In this document: one piece after another, positions 28,302-38,578 of the stretch
Layout of the letters: every line of letters begins with the position of its first letter
How positions within the stretch are numbered: the first letter of the stretch is position 1
From: Acidobacteriaceae bacterium
GTDB lineage: Bacteria; Acidobacteriota; Terriglobia; Terriglobales; Acidobacteriaceae
Assembly (NCBI GenBank): GCA_036498865.1
Contig: DASYEU010000015.1
Location: forward strand, 8,918 to 72,917
Length of the DNA: 64,000 nucleotides
Direction: 5' to 3'
Made by a program: the position numbers and the translations under genes
The notes under the pieces: generated by a model
The model's database searches: none
What the model was told of the DNA's origin: nothing
What the model saw: the letters and a program-made list of their open reading frames with translations, nothing else

Positions 28302-31300
28302 ATGGTCGTGGGATCCCAGTCCAGTTCGGGAAGTCGTCGTGTGTTTGATCTGGTTACCTGGATATCGGGCGGGGTTGCCATTGTTCTCGGCGTGGGAGTG
28401 ATCGTCGGGTGGTGCGTCGGTAGCGCGTTTCTGAAGAGCGTCGTTCCGGGCATGCCGGTGATGAAGTTCAATACGGCGATCTGCTTCGTCCTGATGGGGC
28501 TGGCGCTTTTGCTTTTGGCTCGGATGGACGCCACCGGGTTTTCCCGTTGGGTAGCGGGAATAGGCCAAGCGTGTGCGGCGACCGTGATTGCCGTGGGACT
28601 CCTGGCACTCCTCGAAGACGGCTTTGGTATGAACCTGCGGATCGATGAACTCTTTGTCCGGGACACCAGTGTCAATCCGGGTCGGATGGTGCCGCTGACG
28701 GCGATCGCCTTTGTGTGTATGGGAACCGCGGTGCTGCTGTTGCATCGGTTCGGACGCAAAGGTGCGTTTGCCTCGCAGACGATGGCGGCGATCGGGAATC
28801 TTTTCGGGTTGTGGGGAGTCCTCGACATTCTTTTGTCTCCAGTTGTTTCAAGTTCCGGGATTGCGGCTCATACTGCGCTGGGATTGTGGATCCTCTCGTT
28901 TGGCGTTCTTTGCGCCTGCCCCGACCAGGGATTTTTGCGAGTACTTACCGGCGAGGCTGCGGGGGGCCGAGTGGCTCGGCGGTTGGTTCCGGCGGCAATT
29001 GGAATCCCGCTTCTGATGGGTCTGCTGCGGCAAAGAAGCATTCTCGCGTTCGACCAGGAGATTGGCGTCTCGTCGATGGTGGTTGCCAGCACCTTCGTCC
29101 TGGCATTGGTAGTTCTGTGGACGGCTTCTGAACTGGAGCGCATCGATGCGGCTCGCCGCCTGTCCGAGGCGAAGTTCCGCGGGCTTTTGGAGACGGCGCC
29201 CGATGCGGGAATCGTCGTCGATGCCGCCGGCACGATTTGCGTGGTGAATGCGCAGGCGGAGCGGGTTTTCGGGTACGAGCGCAGCGAACTGCTTGGCCAG
29301 CCGGTTGAGATGCTGGTGCCGCAACGGTTCCGGCGGACGCATGCAGATTTGCGGCAGGCGTTCTTCTCAGAGCCGGTTATGCGGCGAATGGGGCGCGGCC
29401 GCGAGTTGCCGGCCCTGCGCAAAGATGGGTCGGAATTTCCTGCCGAAGTCAGCCTTGGTTCGTTTGCGGGGGAGGAGGAGACGCTTGTCTCCTGTGCCAT
29501 TCGCGATATCACCGAGCGAAAGGCGATGCAGGAGCAGTTGTACACCAGCCAGCAACGGCTTGCGCTGGCGCTGGCGGCCGCGCAGGCTGGCACGTTCGAT
29601 TGGGACATCAAGGCCGACATCAACGAGTGGTCGCCGGAAACGCTGGAACTCTATGGACTGAACCCAGGCGAGGCGGACAAGACTCGTAAGCAATGGATCG
29701 AAGGTCTGATTCCGGAGGACCTGGAATCGGCACGGGGGGCGCTTGCTGATGCGATGAGGTCTGGAAACCTTGCGGCGGAGTGGCGGATCCGCCGAAGGAA
29801 TAACGGGCAAGTCCGCTGGATCAGCGTGAAGGCACGGGTGTTGCCCGACGAGTTCGGAAAGCCCAGCAGGATGATTGGGGTTCTGATCGACGCCACCGAC
29901 CACAAACGCGCTGAACAGGAGATCAAGGAGACGCAAAGGAAGCTTGCGCTTGCGTTGACTGCGGGGCAGATGGGGGCATGGGATCTCGATCTGAACACTG
30001 GGGAATGTTGGAGATCGGCAGAACATGACCACATTTTCGGGTACCCCGGCCCGGAGCCCAACTGGGAGCTCGAGAGGTTTCTGGGCCATGTTCTTCCTCT
30101 GGACCGGCCGATGGTTGACCAGGCTTTCGTGGAGGCGTACAGGACTGGGCACATGCAGCTTGAGTGCCGCATCGTACGCGCGGATCGTGCCGAGCGCTGG
30201 GTTTCCATCGATGGTGATGTGGTGTACGACGAGCACGACTCGCCGGTGCGGATGCATGGGGTCATCCAGGATGTTTCCAGGCGCAAGCAGATTGAAGAGG
30301 ATCTTCGCGCGACGCAAGAGCGCTTCAACATGCTGATGGAGGGGGTACGGGACTACGACATCATGATGCTGGATCCCAGTGGGCGAATTGAAACCTGGAA
30401 TAGGGGTGCGCAGAGACACAGGGGTTTCAGTGCCGAGGAAGTGATCGGCAAAGACATTTCGATCCTCTATTCGGAAGAAGATGCCGCAGCCGGCAAGCCG
30501 AGGATGGAGCTCGAACGAGCGGCTCGCGATGGGGAAATGGTGGACCAGGGTTGGCGCGTGCGCAAGGACGGATCGCGCTTCTGGGCCCGGGTTGTGATCA
30601 CCGCATTGAAGGACAGCAACGGCACGCTGCGCGGTTTTTCCAAACTCGTCAGGGACGTAACTGCATTGAGGAATGCCGACGAAGAGATCAAGCGATCCAA
30701 CGCTGAGCTACAGCAGTTTGCCTATGTGGCCTCGCACGACCTGCAGGAACCACTGCGCATGGTGGCCAGCTATACCCAACTGCTGGCGCAGCGTTATCAG
30801 GGCAAGCTGGACGCCGATGCGGATGACTTCATCGGGTTTGCAGTTGATGGCGCCCGACGCATGCAGAACCTGATTGAAGACCTGTTGACTTATTCGCGGG
30901 TGAGCAGCCGGGCGAAAACGCCCGACCTATGCGAATCGGCGGACGTGGTCGAGAATGCGTTGCACGGATTGTCGGTGGCTGTGCAGGAGAGCGGTGCAGT
31001 GGTCGAGGTCGGGGAACTGCCACAGATCCGATGCGATCCATCCCAAATGGCGAGTGTGTTTCAGAACCTGATTGGGAATGCGATCAAGTTCCGGTCGGCG
31101 AGCGTTCCATGCGTTGTCCAGATTTCCTCGGTCCGCCGGAATGGCGACTGGGTCTTCAGCGTGAAGGATAACGGGGTCGGGATCGAGCCGCGGCACTTTG
31201 ACCGAATTTTCCAGGTCTTCCAGCGCCTGCAAACCAGGGAGACCCATCCCGGCAACGGGATCGGGCTGGCCATCTGCAAAAAGGTGATCGAGCGGCATGG

Positions 31301-31430
31301 CGGGCGCATCTGGCTGGAGTCGGAGCCGGGAAAAGGCACGACATTTTACTTCACCATTCCAAGCACAACTGCAACGGTTCCCAAGGAGACGGCCCATGCT
31401 GATTTCGCCTATTCAAGTCTTGCTGGTTGA
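28302..31430 (+). CDS. Membrane-bound sensor histidine kinase: multi-TM N-terminal region, four PAS domains, HisKA, HATPase_c
   Basis: About 290 aa with repeated helix motifs (MKFNTAICFVLMGLALLL, MVPLTAIAFVCMGTAVLL). Four PAS-like blocks, each closed by a (D/R)ITERK-type motif. FAYVASHDLQEPLRMV (H-box). GNGIGLAICKKVIERHGGRIWLESEPGKGTTFYFTIP. Confidence 0.9.
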   Translation: MVVGSQSSSGSRRVFDLVTWISGGVAIVLGVGVIVGWCVGSAFLKSVVPGMPVMKFNTAICFVLMGLALLLLARMDATGFSRWVAGIGQACAATVIAVGLLALLEDGFGMNLRIDELFVRDTSVNPGRMVPLTAIAFVCMGTAVLLLHRFGRKGAFASQTMAAIGNLFGLWGVLDILLSPVVSSSGIAAHTALGLWILSFGVLCACPDQGFLRVLTGEAAGGRVARRLVPAAIGIPLLMGLLRQRSILAFDQEIGVSSMVVASTFVLALVVLWTASELERIDAARRLSEAKFRGLLETAPDAGIVVDAAGTICVVNAQAERVFGYERSELLGQPVEMLVPQRFRRTHADLRQAFFSEPVMRRMGRGRELPALRKDGSEFPAEVSLGSFAGEEETLVSCAIRDITERKAMQEQLYTSQQRLALALAAAQAGTFDWDIKADINEWSPETLELYGLNPGEADKTRKQWIEGLIPEDLESARGALADAMRSGNLAAEWRIRRRNNGQVRWISVKARVLPDEFGKPSRMIGVLIDATDHKRAEQEIKETQRKLALALTAGQMGAWDLDLNTGECWRSAEHDHIFGYPGPEPNWELERFLGHVLPLDRPMVDQAFVEAYRTGHMQLECRIVRADRAERWVSIDGDVVYDEHDSPVRMHGVIQDVSRRKQIEEDLRATQERFNMLMEGVRDYDIMMLDPSGRIETWNRGAQRHRGFSAEEVIGKDISILYSEEDAAAGKPRMELERAARDGEMVDQGWRVRKDGSRFWARVVITALKDSNGTLRGFSKLVRDVTALRNADEEIKRSNAELQQFAYVASHDLQEPLRMVASYTQLLAQRYQGKLDADADDFIGFAVDGARRMQNLIEDLLTYSRVSSRAKTPDLCESADVVENALHGLSVAVQESGAVVEVGELPQIRCDPSQMASVFQNLIGNAIKFRSASVPCVVQISSVRRNGDWVFSVKDNGVGIEPRHFDRIFQVFQRLQTRETHPGNGIGLAICKKVIERHGGRIWLESEPGKGTTFYFTIPSTTATVPKETAHADFAYSSLAG

Positions 31431-31836
31431 AGACAACCCGGGCGACGCCCGCCTTGCCCGCGAAGCGCTGCGGGACTGCAAGCTCAAGCTTGAGACCATC
31501 GAGGTCCATGATGGCGAAGCAGCGATGAATTTTCTTCACCAACAAAGCGGAGTTGGCGGACATCTTCCTGACCTGATGCTGCTCGATCTCAACCTCCCCA
31601 AGAAGGATGGGCGCGAAGTTCTGTGTGAAGTAAAAGGGGATCCTCAGCTTTCCCAGATTCCTATCGTGATTCTGACCTCGTCCAAGGCCGATGAGGACAT
31701 TCTGCAGACCTATCAGATGCATGCCAATTGCTACATCTGCAAGCCGATTGATTTGGAGCAGATGCAGAAGGTTGTCAAGCAGATTGGCGACTTCTGGTTC
31801 ACGATCGTCAAGCTTCCCTCGAGTGCTGAACGATGA
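31396..31836 (+). CDS. Single-domain CheY-like response regulator
   Basis: Start ATG 31396 (AAGGAG RBS), overlapping the kinase 3' end. ISPIQVLLVEDNPGDARL, DLMLLDLNLPKKDG, ILTSSK, KP. Confidence 0.9.
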   Translation: MLISPIQVLLVEDNPGDARLAREALRDCKLKLETIEVHDGEAAMNFLHQQSGVGGHLPDLMLLDLNLPKKDGREVLCEVKGDPQLSQIPIVILTSSKADEDILQTYQMHANCYICKPIDLEQMQKVVKQIGDFWFTIVKLPSSAER

Positions 31837-32777
31837 ATGAAAAAGTAACCAATGTTTTGCTGGTAGAGGACAATCCGGGCGACGCCCGGCTGATTGAGGA
31901 AATGTTGCATGAAGACCAGGGAGTTGGCTTCGCGGTCAAACGTGCGGCATCGGTGCAGGAGTGTCTGCTGGCCTTGGATCTGACCGGCCAGGATGTTGAG
32001 GTCGTTCTGCTGGATCTTGGGCTGCCTGACGAGAACGGCCTGGAAACTTTGCGGAGAGTTGCGCCCATCGCGTACCCAACTCCCGTGGTCGTGATTACGG
32101 GGCTGCACGATGAGGCGGCTGCCGTGGCGGCCGTGCGAGAGGGCGCGCAAGATTACGTGGTCAAGGGGCAACTGGAAGGGAACCGCCTGCGCCGGATCAT
32201 TCAGTATGCGATCGAACGCCAGTACATGCGGGACGAGATCCGCAATCTGTCCTTACAGGACGAACTTACGGGACTGTACAACCGCAGAGGATTCAATTTT
32301 CTGGCGGAACAGCAAATCAAAGTCGCGGATCGAACCGGGGCTCCTTTTCTATTGTTTTTCTTCGATCTCGATGACCTGAAGAAGATCAATGACAGCCACG
32401 GCCACGATGTGGGGGACAAGGCAATTGTTGAGGCGGCGGGCCTGCTGCGCACGTGCTTTCGGCAGAGCGACATCCTGGCGCGCATTGGAGGCGATGAATT
32501 TGTGAGCCTGATGTTGGGAGCTCCTGCGACCAGCGAAGGCGCGATTCGGTCTCACCTGGAATTTCAGCTCAGGAAGCGCAATGCGCGGGCAGAATGCCTC
32601 TATCCGCTTACGTTCAGTGTGGGGGTCGAGGTGTGCGATCCAAGGTATGGGCCGCTGCGCCTGTCCGAACTGATGGAGAAGGCGGATGTGCGAATGTATG
32701 AGGAGAAGAAGAGGAGCAAGAAAAGCGGGGCTGCTTCTGAAGCACTCCACCGCACCGCCATCAAAGAAATATGTTAA
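31833..32777 (+). CDS. Response regulator receiver fused to GGDEF diguanylate cyclase
   Basis: VLLVEDNPGDARL, LLDLGLPDENG, GLYNRRGF, RIGGDEF. ATGA overlap with the preceding gene. Confidence 0.9.
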   Translation: MNEKVTNVLLVEDNPGDARLIEEMLHEDQGVGFAVKRAASVQECLLALDLTGQDVEVVLLDLGLPDENGLETLRRVAPIAYPTPVVVITGLHDEAAAVAAVREGAQDYVVKGQLEGNRLRRIIQYAIERQYMRDEIRNLSLQDELTGLYNRRGFNFLAEQQIKVADRTGAPFLLFFFDLDDLKKINDSHGHDVGDKAIVEAAGLLRTCFRQSDILARIGGDEFVSLMLGAPATSEGAIRSHLEFQLRKRNARAECLYPLTFSVGVEVCDPRYGPLRLSELMEKADVRMYEEKKRSKKSGAASEALHRTAIKEIC

Positions 32778-32864
32778 GGTAGCCTAACAACGACAGCTTT
32801 GGGAGCCATACGAGCCTTTGCGGGCCTGTGGTGTCGATTGAAGGCGAGCCAGGCATGAGGGTGG

Positions 32865-35800
32865 ATGGGAATTCAGGTTGCTCTGCATCACCGGACCCGG
32901 TACCGGTACGACAAGGCGGTCTTCCTCGGCCCTCAGGTGATCCAGTTGCGTCCTGCTCCGCATTGCCGGACGCCGATTCTGAGCTACTCGCTTGAGATTG
33001 CGCCAGCGGACAATCTTCTGAACTGGCAGCTGGATGCGCACTCGAACTACCTGGCGCGCGCGCTGTTTCCGAGCAAGACGGCGGAGTTTGTGGTGGACGT
33101 GAACCTGGTGGCGGACCTGTCGCCGGTGAATCCGTTCGCTTTCTTTCTGGAGCCGGGATTCGAGGAATTTCCGTTCCAGTATGCGCCGGATCTGGTGGAG
33201 GATCTTGCGCCGTTTCGCGCGATGGATGTAGCAGGGCCTCGGCTGAGGGAGTTTCTGAAGAGCATTTCGCAGCAGAAGTGCGGGACGGTTGAGTTCTTGA
33301 TGGGCCTGAATCGCACGGTACGCGACGCGATTGATTATGAGACGCGGATGGAGCACGGGGTTCAGTCGTGCGAGGAGACGCTGGAGAAGGGGAGGGGGTC
33401 GTGCCGCGACTCGGCTTGGCTGATGGTGCAGGTATCGCGGCACCTTGGCTTGGCGGCGCGATTTGTTTCTGGGTACTTAATCCAACTTGCTCCGGATGAG
33501 AAGACGTCGGACGGCCCGGAGATGGACTCCGCTGAGTTGCATGCGTGGACGGAGGTGTATCTGCCGGGGGCGGGGTGGATTGGGATGGATTCGACCTCCG
33601 GGCTGCTGGCGGGGGAGGGGCACATTCCGTTGGTGTGCACGCCGAGTGCGTCGAAGGCTGCGCCGATTGGGGGGACGGTGGAACCGGCGAACGTGGAGTT
33701 CAGCTACGCGATGCAGGTTCGGCGGCTGAATGAAGTGCTGCAGCTGTCGAAACCGTTCAGCGAAGAGGACTGGGCGAAGGTGGAGGAGGTTGCGCATCGG
33801 GTGGATGCAGACCTGATCGCGCAGGATGTGCGGTTGACTATGGGGGGTGAGCCGACCTTCGTAGGTCTGGACGAGCCGGAGAGTCCGCAGTGGAACATCG
33901 ACGCGATGGGGCCGATTAAGCGGAGCCGCGGGCTGGCGCTGATCCAGGGGCTTCGCGCGAAGGTGGCGCCGGGCGCGATGCTTCTGTATGGGCAAGGCAA
34001 GTGGTATCCGGGAGAGCCGTTGCCGCGCTGGGCGCTGAGTTGCTACTGGCGAGCGGATGGTGTGCCAGTGTGGGAGAACGTGGATCTCATCGCCAAAGAG
34101 GATCGGGAGTATGGGTTCGGCGTCGCGGATGCGCTGCGATTTGGAGACGCGCTGACGCGTCGCCTGCAGGTGAGCGCGGAGAACTTGCTGCCGGCGTTCA
34201 ACCCGGGAGACGAGGCGGCTGAGGCGGTGGGTTATATTCTGCCCATTCGCCGGCGGCAGCCAGCCGGGCGGCTGGGATGGTCGAGCCAGTTGTGGTTTCC
34301 GCGGCCGGAGCGGCTAGTGTTGACGCCGGGCGACTCGCCGATTGGCTTTCGCATCCCGACCGAGACGATGCCTTGGGTCGCTCCGGATGAGCTGAAGTAC
34401 GAGTATGCGGCTGCACCGTTCGCGGAGCAGGTAAAGCTGGCGACTCGTCCGGCCAGACGCCCTGAATTGTTTCATAAAGCTCCGGTGGCGGATCCATTGC
34501 CGCCGCTGTCGAGCACGGCCGAGACAGCGACGGAACTGATCCGGCCATCGTTATGCGTGCAGGCGCGCGAGGGCCGGTTGCATGTGTTTCTGCCGTACGC
34601 GTCAAAGCTGGCGGACTATCTGGACATGGTTGCGGCGGTGGAGGACACCTGCCAGTATCTGCAGATGCCGGTGTGGCTGGAAGGCTACACGCCTCCCTCC
34701 GATCCGCGGCTGCGGTCGTTCAGCGTGACTCCGGATCCAGGGGTGCTGGAGGTCAATCTTCCGCCCGCGGGCAGCTGGGACGAGTTGGAGGCGACGCACA
34801 CGCTGCTGTTTGAGGAGGCGCGCCACAATCGCCTGACCGCCGAAAAGTTCACCTGCGAGGGCAGCCACGTCGCGACGGGCGGCGGCAGCCATATCGTGAT
34901 TGGCGGCGCGTCCGTGATGGATAGTCCGCTGCTGCGCCGTCCGGACCTGCTGCGCAGCATGGTGACGTTCTGGCAGAACCACCCGTCGCTCTCGTATCTG
35001 TTCTCCGGCATGTACGTAGGGCCGACAAGTCAGTATCCGCGTGTGGACGAAGCACGGATGGATGCGCTGTATGAGCTTGAGGTGGCGTTTCGGAATCTTC
35101 CTGCCAAAGATTGTGCGCCGTGGGTAGTGGACGGGCTCTTTCGCAACCTGCTGGTGGATATGACGGGCAACTCTCATCGGGCGGAGTTCTGCCTGGACAA
35201 GCTGTTTCCGCCTCCAGGGCTCGGATTGCAGCTTGGGTTGCTGGAGTTGCGCGCGTTCGAGATGACTCCGCACGTCCGCATGGGGCTGGTGGAATTGCTG
35301 CTGGTGCGCGCGCTGGTGAGCGCCTTCTGGAAGCGCCCGTTCGAGGGAACGTTGATACGGTGGGGGACCGCGCTGCATGATCGCTTCATGCTGCCGCATT
35401 TTGTCTCGCAGGACTTTGCGGCGGTGCTTGACCATCTGCGCGCGGCCGGCTACGCCTTCGAAGAGAAGTGGTTCGCGGCACAAACGGAATTTCGTTTTCC
35501 GATGATTGGGATCGCTACTGCGGACGGGGTTGAGCTGGAGTTACGGCAGGCGCTGGAGCCATGGAATGTTCTGGCGGAGGAGACGAACTCCGGGGGCACG
35601 GTCCGCAGCGTGGACTCGTCGCTGGAGCGGATGCAGGTGAGGTTGTCCGGTGTGACGGTGGATTCCCGCTATGCTGTTGCGTGCAATGGCCGGAGGGTTC
35701 CATTGCATGCGACAGGCATGTCCGGGGAGCTTGTGGCTGGGGTTCGGTACCGTGCGCGGCAGTTGTCGGCGGCGCTGCACCCCACAATTCCGGTGCAGAT

Positions 35801-36080
35801 GCCCCTGGTCTTCGATATCATCGACCGCTGGAAGGACCGTGCGATTGGCCGTTGCGTCTATCGTACGGGCCCGCCTGACGGGAGCATGTACACGGCCCGC
35901 CCGGCGGATGCAATTGAGGCTGCGCAGCGTCGCCGGCTGCGCTTTGAGCAGACCGATCCATCGCCTGGCCGGATCGTGATTCCGGAGGAAGAGACGAACT
36001 TGAGCTTTCCCATGACGCTGGATCTGCGGATTCCGGCGACGGAACAGAAGTATTACGAGAGGCTGGGGCTGGTTCCATGA
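32865..36080 (+). CDS. Large transglutaminase-family protein (Bact_transglu_N + transglutaminase core + DUF2126-type putative amidoligase region)
   Basis: MGIQVALHHRTRYRYDKAVFLGPQVIQLRP, RGSCRDSAWLMVQV (Cys), ELHAWTEVYLPGAGWIGMDSTSG (His/Asp), followed by about 750 aa typical of DUF2126 proteins. Confidence 0.85.
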   Translation: MGIQVALHHRTRYRYDKAVFLGPQVIQLRPAPHCRTPILSYSLEIAPADNLLNWQLDAHSNYLARALFPSKTAEFVVDVNLVADLSPVNPFAFFLEPGFEEFPFQYAPDLVEDLAPFRAMDVAGPRLREFLKSISQQKCGTVEFLMGLNRTVRDAIDYETRMEHGVQSCEETLEKGRGSCRDSAWLMVQVSRHLGLAARFVSGYLIQLAPDEKTSDGPEMDSAELHAWTEVYLPGAGWIGMDSTSGLLAGEGHIPLVCTPSASKAAPIGGTVEPANVEFSYAMQVRRLNEVLQLSKPFSEEDWAKVEEVAHRVDADLIAQDVRLTMGGEPTFVGLDEPESPQWNIDAMGPIKRSRGLALIQGLRAKVAPGAMLLYGQGKWYPGEPLPRWALSCYWRADGVPVWENVDLIAKEDREYGFGVADALRFGDALTRRLQVSAENLLPAFNPGDEAAEAVGYILPIRRRQPAGRLGWSSQLWFPRPERLVLTPGDSPIGFRIPTETMPWVAPDELKYEYAAAPFAEQVKLATRPARRPELFHKAPVADPLPPLSSTAETATELIRPSLCVQAREGRLHVFLPYASKLADYLDMVAAVEDTCQYLQMPVWLEGYTPPSDPRLRSFSVTPDPGVLEVNLPPAGSWDELEATHTLLFEEARHNRLTAEKFTCEGSHVATGGGSHIVIGGASVMDSPLLRRPDLLRSMVTFWQNHPSLSYLFSGMYVGPTSQYPRVDEARMDALYELEVAFRNLPAKDCAPWVVDGLFRNLLVDMTGNSHRAEFCLDKLFPPPGLGLQLGLLELRAFEMTPHVRMGLVELLLVRALVSAFWKRPFEGTLIRWGTALHDRFMLPHFVSQDFAAVLDHLRAAGYAFEEKWFAAQTEFRFPMIGIATADGVELELRQALEPWNVLAEETNSGGTVRSVDSSLERMQVRLSGVTVDSRYAVACNGRRVPLHATGMSGELVAGVRYRARQLSAALHPTIPVQMPLVFDIIDRWKDRAIGRCVYRTGPPDGSMYTARPADAIEAAQRRRLRFEQTDPSPGRIVIPEEETNLSFPMTLDLRIPATEQKYYERLGLVP

Positions 36081-38578
36081 GCGTGGATCTGGATCAGACT
36101 CCGCTTCGCTACGGGGCGACTTACGACGAACTGTCGGCCGACGGGGTGAATCCGCGCGAGCACTGGACGCACCTGATGGAGTCGCTGCGCGCGATTGGCC
36201 CGGAGGAGCTAAGCCGGCGCTGGAATCGCGCTGAGCGACGCATCCGCGAGAACGGTATCACCTACAACATCTACAGCGATCCGCTTGGGGCGAACCGGCC
36301 GTGGAGGATCGACCTGGTTCCGCTTCTTATATCGCCGGACGAGTGGCGGTTCATCGAACAGGGCATCATTCAGCGTGCCCAATTGCTGAATGTGATCCTG
36401 GAAGATTTGTACGGACTGCAGGAGTTGGTGACGAATGGGCACTTTCCCGCGGCGTTGCTGTACGCGAATCCGGCGTTTCTGAGGCCGCTGGTTGGAGTGA
36501 AGGTGCCTCCGCAGAGCTATCTGCATATGCTGGCGATTGATCTGGCGCGCTCGCCCGACGGCCAGTGGTGGGTGCTGGCGGACCGCACACAGGCTCCCGC
36601 GGGAAGTGGGTATGCGTTGGAGAACCGCACGATCGTGTCCGATGTGCTGCCCGATCTGTTCCGCACGTCGAACGTGCTGAGGCTGGCTCCATTCTTCCGC
36701 GCGCAACGCGAGGCGTTGATCCAGCTTGCCGGTGGCGGCAATCCGCGGATTGTGCTGCTGACTCCGGGGCCGCATAACGAGACGTACTTCGAGCACTCGT
36801 ACATCGCGCGCTACCTGGGCTTCACTCTGGTGGAAGGTGCAGACCTTACGGTGCGCGACCGCGCCGTATTCCTGAAGACGGTCGACGGGCTGGAGAAGGT
36901 GGATGTAATTCTGCGCCGCGTTGACGATAGCTTCTGCGATCCTCTGGAACTGCGCAGCGAATCGCTGCTGGGTGTGCCGGGGCTGGTGGATGCGGTTGCC
37001 GCCGGGAACGTGAAAGTGGCCAACGCGCTGGGCAGCGGGCTAATTGAGACTGCCGCGCTGATGCCATTTCTTCCGGGACTCTCGCGCCACCTGCTGGACG
37101 AGGAACTAAAGCTGCCGTCGGTGGCGACGTGGTGGTGCGGTCAGACGCCTGCGCTTGACTGGGTGCTGAATCATCTGGACTCTGTAGTGGTGAAGCCGGC
37201 GTTTCCTACGCGCGGGATGGAGCCGGTGTTTGGGGCGGAGATTCCGCAGGCGGAGAAGAGCAAGTTTGCGGAGCAGATGCGCACCCGCCCGTATGAGTAT
37301 GTGGCGCAGGAGCAGATTGCGCTCTCGACCGCGCCGGTGTGGGAGAACGGGCATCTGATTCCGCGCAGCGTGGTGCTCCGAACCTATGTGCTGAATACGG
37401 GCAATGGGTGGATCGCGCTGCCGGGGGGGCTGACGCGAGTTGCCGAGTCGGAAGGGCCGATCGTCTCTATGCAGCGCGGCGGCCATAGCAAGGACGCATG
37501 GGTGCTATGGGACGGGCCGGTCGATACGTTCAGCATGTTGCGTCCACGTAGCGAGCCCGTGGAACTGCATCGGGTTGCGCCGGCGGTTCCGAGCAGCGTG
37601 GCCGACAACGTGTTCTGGCTGGGTCGCTATGTGGAACGCGCGGAGAATATTGCGCGCATCGTGCGATCGCTGATACCGCGGGTGCGGCGCGCCGACGAGG
37701 CGGAGCTGGGCTGCCTGATCCGCATGCATAACTGCCTGGAGTCGCGGCATAGCAAGCTGCCGAAGGTGAAAAAGAGGCAGCCGACGTTGCGCGAACTCGA
37801 GCAGGAACTGGTTTCGGTGGTGAGCAATGTGAAGCGGCCGGACAGCCTCGCTGCGACGTTGGCTGAGGTATCGCGTGTGGGCGGGAATGTTCGCGAGCGG
37901 CTGTCGGCGGACATGAACTACCTGATCAGCCAGCTTCGCGACTCGATCCAGGTGGAGCACGGCAACCAGTTTCTCGAGTATCCGGCGACGCTGACGCGGT
38001 GCCTGGAGTTGTTGTCGGCGTTCTCCGGCATGGAGCGCGAGAATATCAATCGCGGCTCGGGCTGGCTGTTCATGAGCATCGGACGGCGGCTGGAGCGGGC
38101 CATCTACTTGACGCGGCAGTTGCGCGAGGTGACGACTCCGCTGTGCGAGCAGGATTGGTCGTTCCTGGAGTGCCTGCTGGAGGTGGCGGACAGCTCAGTC
38201 TCGTACCGGACGCGCTATTTCACGACGCTACAGCCGCTGGCTGTGTTGGATTTGTTGATGGCGGACGAGATGAATCCGCGGTCGCTGGATTTTCAACTGC
38301 GGCACCTTGCAGACCTTTATCGAAAGCTTCCCCGGCACATGGACGATGATCTGCGGGCGATGCAGGATGCGGTGGCGAGACTGGGCAGCTTCGATCTGAG
38401 GACGATTGAATACCCTATGCCGGGTTCGGCGGCAGGGGAAGCTCACGGCTTTGATGGCCTTTCGCGGCTGGAGAAATTTCTGCGGGAGCTGGAGTACTTG
38501 CTGCCTTCGTGGTCGAATAATCTGTCGAGCCGGTACTTCAGCCACGCCCGCACACTGCCGATTACGGTGGGCCAATGA
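36077..38578 (+). CDS. Fusion of circularly permuted type-2 ATP-grasp protein and alpha-E domain
   Basis: N-terminal part: GITYNIYSDPLGANRPWRIDLVPLLISPDEWRFIEQGIIQRAQLLNVILEDLYG. C-terminal about 320 aa: VPSSVADNVFWLGRYVERAENIARIV (alpha-E). ATGA overlaps at both ends. Confidence 0.85.
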   Translation: MSVDLDQTPLRYGATYDELSADGVNPREHWTHLMESLRAIGPEELSRRWNRAERRIRENGITYNIYSDPLGANRPWRIDLVPLLISPDEWRFIEQGIIQRAQLLNVILEDLYGLQELVTNGHFPAALLYANPAFLRPLVGVKVPPQSYLHMLAIDLARSPDGQWWVLADRTQAPAGSGYALENRTIVSDVLPDLFRTSNVLRLAPFFRAQREALIQLAGGGNPRIVLLTPGPHNETYFEHSYIARYLGFTLVEGADLTVRDRAVFLKTVDGLEKVDVILRRVDDSFCDPLELRSESLLGVPGLVDAVAAGNVKVANALGSGLIETAALMPFLPGLSRHLLDEELKLPSVATWWCGQTPALDWVLNHLDSVVVKPAFPTRGMEPVFGAEIPQAEKSKFAEQMRTRPYEYVAQEQIALSTAPVWENGHLIPRSVVLRTYVLNTGNGWIALPGGLTRVAESEGPIVSMQRGGHSKDAWVLWDGPVDTFSMLRPRSEPVELHRVAPAVPSSVADNVFWLGRYVERAENIARIVRSLIPRVRRADEAELGCLIRMHNCLESRHSKLPKVKKRQPTLRELEQELVSVVSNVKRPDSLAATLAEVSRVGGNVRERLSADMNYLISQLRDSIQVEHGNQFLEYPATLTRCLELLSAFSGMERENINRGSGWLFMSIGRRLERAIYLTRQLREVTTPLCEQDWSFLECLLEVADSSVSYRTRYFTTLQPLAVLDLLMADEMNPRSLDFQLRHLADLYRKLPRHMDDDLRAMQDAVARLGSFDLRTIEYPMPGSAAGEAHGFDGLSRLEKFLRELEYLLPSWSNNLSSRYFSHARTLPITVGQ

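Noticed and set aside
28135-32864. Integrative genomic island at the tRNA with att sites.
   Set aside because: I could find no integrase or recombinase gene and no direct repeat of the tRNA 3' end (ggttcgattccagtcaccgcc) by eye. Only the compositional dip is reported, as a finding.
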